DNA of 64,000 bases from assembly GCA_963840455.1 (NCBI GenBank), contig CAWIYV010000001.1, positions 308,158 through 372,157 of the forward strand, read 5' to 3'. Positions 1 through 9,789 of the stretch are shown piece after piece (within the stretch, counting starts at the first letter, position 1; each line of letters opens with the position of its first letter). The notes beneath the pieces were generated by a model. It was not told where the DNA came from. It made no database searches and worked only from the letters and a program-made list of their open reading frames with translations. The DNA is from Nitrospirota bacterium (GTDB lineage: Bacteria > Nitrospirota > UBA9217). Made by a program: the position numbers and the translations under genes.

Positions 1-1208
1 TGGGTGCGGAAGATCGGCGTGTTGGTCCTGCCGCGCAGCACTTCGAGCTCGACAACAGGGTTGACGAGCTCGTCGTTCCGGGACTCGTAGAACTGGACCT
101 TGCCCGTGGCGGGGTCCCGCATGCCGAAGGGCCCGATGCCGAGGGCCTTGATGGTCCGGTCGATGGAGGCGACATAGACCGATGAACCCGGGTCCACGAC
201 GACGGTTTCACCGGGGCCCGGGGCGTTCTTGAGCTTGATGTTCAGCACGATCTTGCCCGTAGCGTTCGGGATCGTGCCGTAGCTGGACTGGTAGAAGGTT
301 ATGCCGTGATAACTGAGCGGATCGTTCACCCGGATGCGCTTGTCGAAGATCTTCTGCTGCTGGAGATTGTAGACGGAGAGCTGGCTCCAGTACTCCGACG
401 GCATGCCCGTCGGCCGGCCGGCGTTCTGGTAGTAGTCGACCTCGAAATCGTCGCACCGCACGTAGAAGCCGATCGGCATCGCGGGAACTCCGCCCCGGCG
501 GTCGTGGACCACCGGGCTTTTGCTGATGCCGAACCCGTCCATGATCTTGTCCCACAAGGGCTCGTTCCGCAGATACACGACGTCCGACACCTGGCCCTCA
601 GGCAGGTTCAGGAACCCCTTGAACCCGAAGAACGCACCGGTCAGCGCCCCGGTAAAGATGAGGATGATGCTCACATGGGTGATATACACTCCCATGCGGG
701 TGTATGCGCCCTTCTGGGATGCCAGGTTGGTCGTCCCCTGCTCCTTCGAGACCAGGTGGCTGTACCGCTTCCCCTGGAGGGCCTTGAGCGCGGCCAGCTC
801 CGCCTGCTCCATCCCGCCCTTGGCCATGATCTCCTTCTTGAACGGGGCCGCCGCCTTATAGCCATCCTCGTCAAGGAACTTCAGCGGGGCCCGCATTGCC
901 TTCCAGGCATAGGGGAAGCGTTCGAGAGTGCAGATGGTAAGGTTCGCCGTGAACATCAGCAGGATGAGGACGAACCACCAGGTGTGGTACAGGTCAAAGA
1001 ACCCGAGGGTCTCGAAGAGCTCGACGGTGCCCTGGCTGTACTCCCTCAGGTAATCCTCAGGCGCCTGGTTCTGCTGGATCACCGTGCCGATGACCGATAC
1101 GACCGCGAGGATGATGAGCAGCACCACGGCAAGCTTCACCGAGGAGAAAAACTTCCATATCTTGTCAGCGACGACCTCAATGATGCCCTGCTGGTCCTTG
1201 TTTTCCAA
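1..1208 (-). CDS. resB: Cytochrome c biogenesis protein ResB/Ccs1 (system II), 3' end outside window
   Basis: Manual translation from TTG at 1208 behind GGAGG: MENKDQQGIIEVVADKIWKFFSSVKLAVVLLIILAVVSVIGTVIQQN, typical ResB N-terminus; reading frame appears open to the window edge. Confidence 0.85.
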   Translation of the reverse strand, partial: MENKDQQGIIEVVADKIWKFFSSVKLAVVLLIILAVVSVIGTVIQQNQAPEDYLREYSQGTVELFETLGFFDLYHTWWFVLILLMFTANLTICTLERFPYAWKAMRAPLKFLDEDGYKAAAPFKKEIMAKGGMEQAELAALKALQGKRYSHLVSKEQGTTNLASQKGAYTRMGVYITHVSIILIFTGALTGAFFGFKGFLNLPEGQVSDVVYLRNEPLWDKIMDGFGISKSPVVHDRRGGVPAMPIGFYVRCDDFEVDYYQNAGRPTGMPSEYWSQLSVYNLQQQKIFDKRIRVNDPLSYHGITFYQSSYGTIPNATGKIVLNIKLKNAPGPGETVVVDPGSSVYVASIDRTIKALGIGPFGMRDPATGKVQFYESRNDELVNPVVELEVLRGRTNTPIFRT

Positions 1209-1401
1209 TTCGCGATCCCTCCGCTCGTGCGTACAAACGACCCGCTAAACTAACATACCGGCAGGGAAACTGTCAAGGAGATTTGGATAGTTCCTCGTGA
1301 CCGCGGACAGCGACGACGCCCGGAACGCTGCCCGCCGGCTGGTGCGCCGCGCATGGGGCAGGACATGATAAATGCGGCCAAGTATGGTATGATGATAACC
1401 A

Positions 1402-3405
1402 ATGCAGGACGCCGAGGTCACCATCCTTCGGGAGCTCATCATCCTTCTGGCCGTATCGCTCCCCATCACCTTCCTGTTCCACAAGGCGAAGCTGCCCGCA
1501 CTGGTGGGGTTCCTCATCACCGGAGTGCTGATCGGCCCCCACGGAACGGCGGTCATCACCGAGACCCAGGCAGTGGAGCGGCTGGCCGACGTGGGCGTTG
1601 TGCTCCTCCTGTTCACGGTTGGACTCGAGTTCTCCATCGAGGACATCATGCGTTCGGGACGCCAGCTCCTGCTGGGAGGGGGGACCCAGGTCGTCCTGAC
1701 CGTCGGCGCCGTCGCGGGCATCGCCCTGCTCTTCGGCTACCCGATGACCCAGGCGCTCTTTTTCGGATTTCTTGCGTCGCTCAGCAGCACGGCCATCGTG
1801 CTTAAGATGTACTCGGACCGCGCGGAGCTGGACACGGCGCACGGCAGGCTCTCCACGGGGATCCTCCTGTTCCAGGACATGGCTGTCGTGCCCATGATGC
1901 TGCTGCTCCCCGTTCTCGGACAGGCCGGGACCGCGGGCGAGATCACCCCCGTCTCCGTCATGATGAGCCTGGGGAAGGCGGTGCTCGGGCTGGCGGTCGT
2001 GTTCCTCGCCGCGCGGCAGATCGTCCCGTTCCTGCTGCACCACGTTATCCGGCTGAGGAACCGGGAGATGTTCTTCCTGCTCGTGGTCCTGCTCTGTCTC
2101 GGGACCGCTTGGATCACGTTCAGCCTCGGGCTCTCCCTTGCCCTCGGCGCGTTCCTGGCAGGGCTCATCATCGCCGAGTCCGAGTACAGCCATCAGATCG
2201 TGGCTGACATCCTTCCTTTCCGCGACTACTTCGCCAGCATCTTCTTCATCTCCGTCGGGATGCTGCTCAAGACCGACTACTTCCTGATGCACTGGCCCCT
2301 GCTCATCGGCCTCACGACCGTGCTCGCCCTGCTCAAGACCGGCCTTGTGACCGTCACTGCCGCTGTCCTGCGCTATCCCGTCCGCTCAGCGCTGCTGTCC
2401 GGCCTCGCCCTGGCCCAGGTGGGCGAGTTCTCGTTCCTCCTGGCAGACCAGGGCAGCCGGTTCGGGCTGATCGCCGGAAACACCTTCCAGGCCTTCATCA
2501 ACACCTCGATCCTGACCATGATCGCGACCCCGTTCATCATGCATGTCGCGCCCTGGTTCGCCGACCGCATCCGCCTACCCCGACCCGACTCCACGGACAA
2601 CGCTAATGTCTGCTCGCTCACGGGCCACACGATCATCGCCGGTTACGGCCTGAACGGCAGGAACCTGGCCCGGACCCTCCGCGCGACGCGGATCCCCTAC
2701 ACCGTGCTGGAAGTGAACGCCGACACCATCCGCAAAGCGCGGGACGACGGCGAGCCCATCATCTATGGCGACATCACGCGGGAGGACGTGCTCGTGCGGG
2801 CGGGCGCCGACTGCGCGCGGGTCATCGTGTTCGCCATTTCCGATTTCTCCGCGACCCGCATGGCCATCCGCTTCGTGCGCTCGATCAACCCGTCCATCTT
2901 CATCCTGGTCCGGACCCGGTACGCGGCTGAAGTGGACGAGCTCCTGAAGCTCGGCGCCGACCAGGTCATCGCCGAGGAGTTCGAGACCTCCATCGAGATC
3001 TTCTCCCGGGTGCTCCACCAGTACCATGTCCCAGGCAATATCATCGCCAACCAGATCAGCCTCGTTCGGTTCGACGGCTATAAGATGCTGCGCGGGCTGT
3101 CCCTGGACCAGGAGAAGATCGGCAGGCTCGCGGCGCTGTTTGCCGCTGCCACGGTGGACAACGTGCAGGTCCAGCCGGAATGTGCGTGTATCGGGAAGAC
3201 GCTCAAGGAGCTGGATATCAGGCGGTCCTCAGGAGCGACCGTGCTTGCCATTGTGCGGAACGGTGAAGCGGTCACGAACCCCGGCATCGACTTTCACCTT
3301 GAGGCGGACGATATCCTCGTGCTGCTGGGTGCGCACAAGGAGCTTGATGCCGCGGCGACGCTTCTGACACAGAGGCCGGGAGGATCGGCAACAGGGGCGG
3401 GGTGA
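1402..3405 (+). CDS. CPA2/Kef-family cation:proton antiporter with TrkA-N and TrkA-C domains
   Basis: Multi-TM N-half (LLLFTVGLE, SSTAIV, LFQD), Rossmann GYGLNG, C-terminal TrkA-C (IGKTLKEL..IRR). Confidence 0.9.
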   Translation: MQDAEVTILRELIILLAVSLPITFLFHKAKLPALVGFLITGVLIGPHGTAVITETQAVERLADVGVVLLLFTVGLEFSIEDIMRSGRQLLLGGGTQVVLTVGAVAGIALLFGYPMTQALFFGFLASLSSTAIVLKMYSDRAELDTAHGRLSTGILLFQDMAVVPMMLLLPVLGQAGTAGEITPVSVMMSLGKAVLGLAVVFLAARQIVPFLLHHVIRLRNREMFFLLVVLLCLGTAWITFSLGLSLALGAFLAGLIIAESEYSHQIVADILPFRDYFASIFFISVGMLLKTDYFLMHWPLLIGLTTVLALLKTGLVTVTAAVLRYPVRSALLSGLALAQVGEFSFLLADQGSRFGLIAGNTFQAFINTSILTMIATPFIMHVAPWFADRIRLPRPDSTDNANVCSLTGHTIIAGYGLNGRNLARTLRATRIPYTVLEVNADTIRKARDDGEPIIYGDITREDVLVRAGADCARVIVFAISDFSATRMAIRFVRSINPSIFILVRTRYAAEVDELLKLGADQVIAEEFETSIEIFSRVLHQYHVPGNIIANQISLVRFDGYKMLRGLSLDQEKIGRLAALFAAATVDNVQVQPECACIGKTLKELDIRRSSGATVLAIVRNGEAVTNPGIDFHLEADDILVLLGAHKELDAAATLLTQRPGGSATGAG

Positions 3406-3564
3406 CACGGGGAAATAAGGGAAGGGTCAAGGGGCAAGGGGCAAGGGCCAAGAACACCTTCCGTTGCCGCAGAATGGTGTTGCGAATGAAGATGGCAATG
3501 GGTATAATCAGTCTCGTTACTTTTCAATTTTCACGTTGATCTCCAACTTTCAATTTAATAAACT

Positions 3565-3663
3565 GGGAGAGGTTACGGAGCTGGTGCCCGTCCCGGACTT
3601 CAAATCCGGTGGTTCCTGGCTTTGGTCAGGAATGGTGAGTTCGATTCTCATGCTCTCCCGCCA
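3565..3663 (+). tRNA. selC: tRNA-Sec (UCA)
   Basis: 99 nt; anticodon arm CCGGA-CTTCAAA-TCCGG, UGGU D-loop, 9-bp variable arm, GTGAG-TTCGATT-CTCAT T-arm, G discriminator plus encoded CCA. Confidence 0.93.
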
Positions 3664-3934
3664 TATATAGTCCAATGCAGTCCGATGTAATGCTAAGCCG
3701 TCCTTGAGAACAGGGGCATATGCTTTTTCTATAGAAGTCGCAAGTTCAATTGTAAAGTGCAACACTACCTTTTATGCCAATGTATACATTACGGTTGAAG
3801 TATATTCATATCCGCAGCTCACGGTGCATTTATGGCGTTGCCCTGCATTGATTTTGGATATGTCTGTACGGATAAATACCCTGAGGTGATGACTACGTAG
3901 GGAAATCCTAGCAAGAAGAAAGGAGCATCGGGGA

Positions 3935-4300
3935 CATGAGAGCCTTTAGATTATCTTTGCAATTCGCCTTGTTGATCGCTATTGTTTCATTTCATGATGG
4001 GTTTGGCCTTACCAGGGCCAACAACTAAGTTCTCCACGAATGGAGTGATGAGATATATCAAGAACGGCGCGAAAAGATCGCCTGTGATCAGTGCATTGTA
4101 GAGGCGAAGTTGGCGAATGAGAAGACGGTTTGAAGAAGATTTCGTGAAGGCATTAAAGGACCGCAGGAGTAGATGCGTCGTGAGCTTACAACGTGATGCC
4201 TGACCCATCGTAGTACGATAAGGACGCCATTGCGGTACAATCAAAAGCAGTTGGGGTAGTACCTGCGGATTAATAGACGCTCTTGAAACGGTCACGGCAA
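3935..4300 (+). pseudogene. Degenerate copy of the lipoprotein gene at 5078-5640
   Basis: Shares AAAGGAGCATCGG..ATGAGAG start context and blocks such as GGCATTAAAGGA and TTGCGGTACAA with 5061-5420; multiple stops and indels. Confidence 0.7.
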
Positions 4301-4466
4301 CGAAATTCTGATGTATCGAGATTGACTTAACTTGAGGCGAAAGAATTTTCTCCGTAAACAGACGTTCGCGACATGAAGTCACCAAGTGGTCTCACGTTTG
4401 CGTTAAGATCTACCAGTTCGGTCTGTCGAGAACACCCCCCTGACTTTAGATCCAATTATTACATCG

Positions 4467-4880
4467 TTAGGGCGCACCAGTGCAGGCGCCTAGTGCTTCG
4501 ATTACAGAGTTCAAAGACCGAATTGCTATATTCAAGTTGTACACGAAATCCGCAGGGATATCGGAGGCTCCTGCACGACGCGCACATGAAGCAGCGGTGT
4601 CGAGTTCTGCTATTGCTATGGTGCAATTACAGTCCATCGCAGCCTTTTCTGCGTCTCCAAGGGCACTTTTTGCACGCATTGCATAATCTTTTGCAACTTC
4701 AAAAGTGGTCTCATTTTTAGCCCGCACGAGTTTCGTACGAGCGTCACCAACGAAGAAGGAAAGCGTGCTGCAAGATGTTGCCGATGTGTCTGGAACCGCA
4801 ATTAAGAAAAGAAAAAACAAGATACCACACATAGATAAAATCCTGATGTCGTCATTTGTTATTCCCCCCTTCTCATGCAT
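4467..4880 (-). CDS. Hypothetical secreted Cys-containing helical protein
   Basis: 137-aa ORF with hydrophobic signal-like segment; true start is probably a downstream Met. Confidence 0.55.
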   Translation of the reverse strand: MHEKGGITNDDIRILSMCGILFFLFLIAVPDTSATSCSTLSFFVGDARTKLVRAKNETTFEVAKDYAMRAKSALGDAEKAAMDCNCTIAIAELDTAASCARRAGASDIPADFVYNLNIAIRSLNSVIEALGACTGAP

Positions 4881-5077
4881 CAGGAATCAGTTCTTGTTAG
4901 ATAACTATATCATAAAGTGACATTTCTAGGCGAGGAATTGTCCTCTTATATTTCTGCTGGTGTGTGAAATTGTCGGGCGTCTGCGTGTTATAGTGAATCG
5001 CGTGGCCGGTCATGGCCGACGGCGCATATGACGCGTGAGTAAGTGAACCCGAGGAAGCATAAAGGAGCATCGGAGAT

Positions 5078-5640
5078 ATGAGAGTCTTTAAAATTTCTTT
5101 ACAATGCACTGCGTTCGTTGGGTTGTTTCTCTTCACTGCATGCACGAAACCAACAACGAATTTCTCCAGCATATGGAAGGATGAGACATATCAGGTGCAG
5201 ACCGAAAAGATCCTTGTGATCAATGCATTTAAAGATCCCGGGTACAGAAGGCAGTTCGAAGACGGGTTCGTGACGGCATTAAAGGATCCGCGGGATAGAT
5301 GCCGTCGTGAGTTACAGAGTTATGCTCGACCCAGTCGTGGACGATAAAGACGCTATTGCGGTACAAGCAAAAGCAGTCGGCGCGGATGCCGTGTTTATTA
5401 ACAGACCTCGTGGAACGGAACAGAAGGAAGTTTGGGTTTCCGCCGATGGTACTGACGAATATAAGTTATATATTAATACGCAAACAGATGTCTATGACAT
5501 TAAGTCGAACAGATTGGTCTTTAGCGTTTCAGCGGAAACGCGGATACACAAAAAGGAAGCTTTACGCTGACCAAATACAATCCTACATTAAAGATCTCGT
5601 AAATATGATGTCGCAAGCGGGGCTCTTGCCGAAGCAGTGA
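5078..5640 (+). pseudogene. Putative lipoprotein split by two frameshifts
   Basis: Lipobox-like FTAC; coding sense continues across overlapping ORFs 5078-5347, 5307-5570 and 5356-5640. Confidence 0.6.
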
Positions 5641-5801
5641 CGACCTTGCGGAAGCTGCCCGCTTCCGTTTCGGCCGTTTGAGTTTCTACTAAATGGATGG
5701 GGTAACATATGGGGCAATTCATAAAATCGAATTAAATAGTGTATCGTTAGTACAGGAAGTTATCTAAACTGATATATTCTCATGCTCTCCCGCCAACAAT
5801 A

Positions 5802-5837
5802 AAAAAACCCTCACGGGAATTCCCGTGAGGGTTTTTT
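5802..5837. terminator. Bidirectional intrinsic terminator
   Basis: Perfect palindrome AAAAAACCCTCACGGGAATTCCCGTGAGGGTTTTTT, directly after the att repeat and after the convergent cytochrome gene. Confidence 0.85.
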
Positions 5838-5856
5838 ACTGCCGAATAATGACATC

Positions 5857-6180
5857 CTACTTCTTGTGACACTTGCCGCAATTCGCCGCATCACCAGCCT
5901 TGAAGGCCTTCGTGCCATTGTGGCACGCACCGCAGAACTTGCCGGCATTGATGTCGGCCATCTTGATTGCGTCGCCGCCCTTCTTCATCTTAAAAAGGCC
6001 CGACTGATGACAGTCAGCGCATTTGGCACCCTTGTCAGCGTGGGCCTTGCCGTCGAACACGACCTTGCCCTGAGCACCGCCGGCGAACTCCACGGTCTTG
6101 CCCGCCGGAACCGCGAATGCGGAAACCGCCAGGACGAACGAAACCACCACTACGAGGGCCAATACGAAGAATTTCTTCAT
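5857..6180 (-). CDS. Periplasmic triheme c7-type cytochrome (copy 1)
   Basis: Signal peptide MKKFF..SAFA; CADCH, CGACH, CGKCH; GGAGG RBS. Confidence 0.9.
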   Translation of the reverse strand: MKKFFVLALVVVVSFVLAVSAFAVPAGKTVEFAGGAQGKVVFDGKAHADKGAKCADCHQSGLFKMKKGGDAIKMADINAGKFCGACHNGTKAFKAGDAANCGKCHKK

Positions 6181-6371
6181 GTATGTTTCACCTCCTTCCA
6201 TTATCTATATCAAAATGGATATTACTCTGTAAGACACTGTTGCATGCAATAGGTTATATAGAACAGTATGAAGACCCGGGTATTTTTTCCCTATTCCAAG
6301 GAACAGCGACAGGACGGCGTGCCAGGATGTCGCGACCGTTCCGGTGCCTGCGTTGCGTTCAATTTATGAAT

Positions 6372-6405
6372 AAAACCCCCACGGGAAATCCCGTGGGGGT
6401 TTTTT
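6372..6405. terminator. Intrinsic terminator, paralog of 5802-5837
   Basis: AAAACCCCCACGGGAAATCCCGTGGGGGTTTTTT hairpin downstream of cytochrome copy 2. Confidence 0.8.
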
Positions 6406-6424
6406 ACTGCCGAATAATGACATC

Positions 6425-6748
6425 CTACTTCTTGTGGCACTTGCCGCATGCAGCCGCGTCCTTCACGGAGAAGGCCTTGGTGCCGTTGTGGCAGCCGCCG
6501 CAAGCCTTGCCGGCTTCCATGTCCTTCATGGTCGCCTTGGTCTCGCCCTTCTTCATCTTGAAGAGGCCGGACTGATGACAGTCAGCGCACTTGGCGCCCT
6601 TGTCAGCGTGGGCCTTGCCGTCGAACACGACCTTGCCGGCCGCGCCGCCCGCGAACTCAACGGTCTTCCCTGCCGGGACCGCGAACGCGGAGACGGCCAG
6701 GACGAACGAAACCACTACTACGATAGCCAATACGAAGAATTTCTTCAT
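6425..6748 (-). CDS. Periplasmic triheme c7-type cytochrome (copy 2)
   Basis: CADCH, CGGCH, CGKCH; same length as and highly similar to copy 1. Confidence 0.9.
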   Translation of the reverse strand: MKKFFVLAIVVVVSFVLAVSAFAVPAGKTVEFAGGAAGKVVFDGKAHADKGAKCADCHQSGLFKMKKGETKATMKDMEAGKACGGCHNGTKAFSVKDAAACGKCHKK

Positions 6749-6819
6749 GTATGTTTCACCTCCTTTCGTTGGCAAAGTATACTCAATGATACATTATGAC
6801 ACCGTGAACTGCAGAAAGT

Positions 6820-7836
6820 TTATAGGAACGCCTTGGGGCTGCGGTACTCGTGGCACTGCACGCAGTCCTTCTTGGCAGACGCCTCGGTGACCCGCCAGAG
6901 ATGCGGCCTGTGGCAGTCCTTGCACTGCATGTCCATATCGAGGTGCACCCTGTGTTTCCCGACCCTGGGGATCGTGGCATGACAGCCCAGGCAATGCGTG
7001 CTGCCCGGCCTGACCTTGCCCTGCGTGTGCGGCTTGTGGCACTCGTAGCAGTAGAACTGCATGGGCGCCTTCTCATCGAACACGATCTTCACGGCTCTCT
7101 TGATGGTCGCCACTTCGGGCTGGAAGAATCGGACGTCCATGGTGGCATCTTCCTTCAGCTGCTTCTTGATGTTCTCGTCGCTGCTGTGGCAATAGAGGCA
7201 CTTCAACCTGCCCGGCCTCAGGTCCTTGGTGCGGTCCGTGTGGCAGTTGAGGCAGGCCAGGCCGCCCATGCCCTCGCCGTGCACCTGCTTGCCTATGTGG
7301 CACTTGGTGCAGAACTTTTCCGTCGGAAGGAAATGATGGAGCCCCGACTTGTCTGCCTTTACCTCGCCGTGGCATTCAGTGCACTCGATCTGCTCCATGT
7401 ACACGTGCTTCGCATGGAACAGCGACTTGTTGATCTGCTTCGCCTTCGTGGATGTGTGGCAATCGTTGCAGGTCTTGGAGCTGACGATGACCTGCCCCTT
7501 GTGGCGCTCGGGCACCTTGTTGGGACGGTGCATCACAAAGCTGATTAAGAGCTGGTTCTGCTCCGGGATGGTCAGATGATGGCAGTCATGGCAATTGAGC
7601 TTCTGGTGCTCGCTCTTGGCCCAGCTGTCGTAGGCTTCCTGCATGAGGTGACAGCCGACGCAGAACTTGGGGTTGTTCTGGGTGAAGTCGTAGAACTTGT
7701 AAGCAACGAACCCGCCGCCGCCCACGATGATCAGGAGCAGGGAAACGATCAGGATCTTGGCCTTCAGCGTCATCGGCTCCTGGAGCCGGTCCTTGGCCCA
7801 CTGAAACTTCTCTTTGAACCAGGCAATGACCTTCAT
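6820..7836 (-). CDS. Membrane-anchored 11-heme cytochrome c with NapC/NirT-like N-terminus
   Basis: N-terminal TM, NNPKFCVGCH, 11 CxxCH motifs counted; likely start MKVIAW at 7836. Confidence 0.88.
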   Translation of the reverse strand: MKVIAWFKEKFQWAKDRLQEPMTLKAKILIVSLLLIIVGGGGFVAYKFYDFTQNNPKFCVGCHLMQEAYDSWAKSEHQKLNCHDCHHLTIPEQNQLLISFVMHRPNKVPERHKGQVIVSSKTCNDCHTSTKAKQINKSLFHAKHVYMEQIECTECHGEVKADKSGLHHFLPTEKFCTKCHIGKQVHGEGMGGLACLNCHTDRTKDLRPGRLKCLYCHSSDENIKKQLKEDATMDVRFFQPEVATIKRAVKIVFDEKAPMQFYCYECHKPHTQGKVRPGSTHCLGCHATIPRVGKHRVHLDMDMQCKDCHRPHLWRVTEASAKKDCVQCHEYRSPKAFL

Positions 7837-8155
7837 TCCCCCCCCTGCAATTTCTGTTTCCTTCACGTTTGAGCCACGATTTATAGCATAGCGGGCAAAC
7901 AAAGTCAATAGCTATCGCAATCTTCCCCCATCCCCTGCCTCTGCAACCATCCCGAATTCCCCGGTATGACGGAACACCGGGAGGAGTGCTGTGTTCTGGC
8001 AAGGGGGAACGTAGGCATGATGCACGCGGATCGCCGTTATCCGGCGGCCGGACCGGTGTTGCGGGCCGGTCCATCACCCGGCACCTCAAATCCTGACTAT
8101 CAATGCTTGCATACACAGAACGAGCGGCGGCACAAGCGCAAAAACCACTTTTTTC

Positions 8156-8184
8156 TTGACAATACAGGCCCCGAATCATACCAT
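8156..8184 (+). promoter_or_regulatory. Sigma70-type promoter for the Rieske/cytochrome b operon
   Basis: TTGACA-17 bp-TACCAT. Confidence 0.6.
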
Positions 8185-8281
8185 ACTTCCATCATTACAG
8201 AATGAGAATGCATCCCGAGCAGCGCCCCGCCATCAACATAATTGTAATTCCCATTTCCTTCTTCCATGACAGGGAGGTCCG

Positions 8282-8692
8282 ATGAAGCGACGGAGTTTTC
8301 TCAAATTAGCGCTTGCCTTCCTGGGAGCAACGAGCCTTGCCTCCTTCATCTACCCGATCTTCCGGTATCTCGCGCCGTCCGCAAGCGCGGAGCGGTCCAA
8401 GGCCGTCATCATCCCGAAGCGCGACATCCCTCTGGGCGAAGCCAAGGAGATCGTGTTCAACAACATCCCGGCGGTCGTCCTGAACCGTCCCGGCAAGGGG
8501 CTCATCGCCTTGTCCCGGGTCTGTACACACCTCGGATGCCTGGTGCAATACGACAAGGAGAACACAAGGCTGCTCTGCCCCTGCCACGCGGGGGTCTATG
8601 ACCTCGAGGGGAACATCGTCTCAGGACCGCCGCCGAAGCCCCTGCCGAAGCTGCCGCTCAGGGTCGAGGGCGAGACCATCGTGATAGGGTGA
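8282..8692 (+). CDS. Rieske [2Fe-2S] subunit of a cytochrome bc-type complex
   Basis: Tat signal KRRSFLK; CTHLGC and CPCHAG boxes. Confidence 0.93.
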   Translation: MKRRSFLKLALAFLGATSLASFIYPIFRYLAPSASAERSKAVIIPKRDIPLGEAKEIVFNNIPAVVLNRPGKGLIALSRVCTHLGCLVQYDKENTRLLCPCHAGVYDLEGNIVSGPPPKPLPKLPLRVEGETIVIG

Positions 8693-9789
8693 CAACCATG
8701 TGGGAACGGCTCAACAACTGGCTGGAAGTGCGGATCGGGGTCGATGACCTGATCAGGTCGCAGGTCACCGAGTACCGGGTGCCGAAGAACATCAATATCT
8801 TCTACACCTTCGGATTCGTGGCTGCGGTCGGCTACCTGATCCAGATCCTTTCCGGGATCATGCTGCTCATCTATTACGTTCCCCATCCTGACCATGCCTT
8901 CCGGAGCGTCCAGGACATCATGCTCAAGGTCCCCTACGGCTGGCTTTTCCGGCAGATGCATGTCATGGGCAGCAACCTCATGATCGCCGCGATCGGGCTC
9001 CACATGCTCACGGTTTTCGTCATGGGGAATTACAAGCGGCCGCGGGAGCTCACCTGGGTCGGCGGCGCGCTCCTGTTCTCCGTGACCATCGCCTTCGGGT
9101 TCAGCGGCTATCTCCTGCCCTGGACCCAGCTGAGCTACTGGGCGACCACGGTGGTGACTTCCATCCCGACCGCCGTCCCCGTGGTCGGCGATTTCGTGGC
9201 CCGGATCCTGCGGGGCGGCGACCAGGTGACCGGGGCGACGCTCAGCAGGTTCTTCGCTTTCCATGTATCGATCCTCCCGCCCCTGTTCCTGCTCCTCGCG
9301 GGATTCCACCTCTTCCTGGTCAAGCGGATCGGCATCTCGGCGACGCCCTTCGGCCTGCCGGCCGAGGAGAAACGGCCATGGACCGAATATCACAAGAAGA
9401 GCCATGTGGACGGCTATCCGTACTATCCCCGGTTCTTCCAGATGGACATGCTCATGGTCATGGTCTATCTGGCCGTCATGTTCTTCCTGATCACGTTCCT
9501 GCCGAACGTCTTCTTCCCTGCGGATGCCACGATACCCGCGGACCCCTTCAAGACACCGGTCAGCGTCCGTCCGGAATGGTACCTGCTCGCGCAATATCAG
9601 CTGCTCAAGATCATCCCGAACAAGTTCTTCGGGATCATCATCCAACTGGTCCTGTTCACCCTCTTCCTCCTCTGGCCGTTCTTCGATACGGAGAAGGAAA
9701 AGAACATCATGAAACGGCCCATGCTGCGCGTCCTCTTCCTCTTTGCCTTCATCTTGTGGGTGATCCTCATGTTCTGGGGGAGGTCTTGA
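8689..9789 (+). CDS. Cytochrome b (unsplit), bc-type complex
   Basis: Four heme-ligand His, GYLLPW, PEWY Qo motif. Confidence 0.93.
   Translation: MTTMWERLNNWLEVRIGVDDLIRSQVTEYRVPKNINIFYTFGFVAAVGYLIQILSGIMLLIYYVPHPDHAFRSVQDIMLKVPYGWLFRQMHVMGSNLMIAAIGLHMLTVFVMGNYKRPRELTWVGGALLFSVTIAFGFSGYLLPWTQLSYWATTVVTSIPTAVPVVGDFVARILRGGDQVTGATLSRFFAFHVSILPPLFLLLAGFHLFLVKRIGISATPFGLPAEEKRPWTEYHKKSHVDGYPYYPRFFQMDMLMVMVYLAVMFFLITFLPNVFFPADATIPADPFKTPVSVRPEWYLLAQYQLLKIIPNKFFGIIIQLVLFTLFLLWPFFDTEKEKNIMKRPMLRVLFLFAFILWVILMFWGRS

Larger units (their letters stand above)
3644..5795. mobile_element. Genomic islet integrated at the 3' end of tRNA-Sec (no integrase)
   Basis: 20-bp direct repeat ATTCTCATGCTCTCCCGCCA at 3644-3663 and 5776-5795; interior is visibly AT-richer than the flanks. 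Confidence 0.85.

Noticed and set aside
5776-5795. Second tRNA gene
   Set aside because: Only the 3' 20 nt are present; it is an att duplication.
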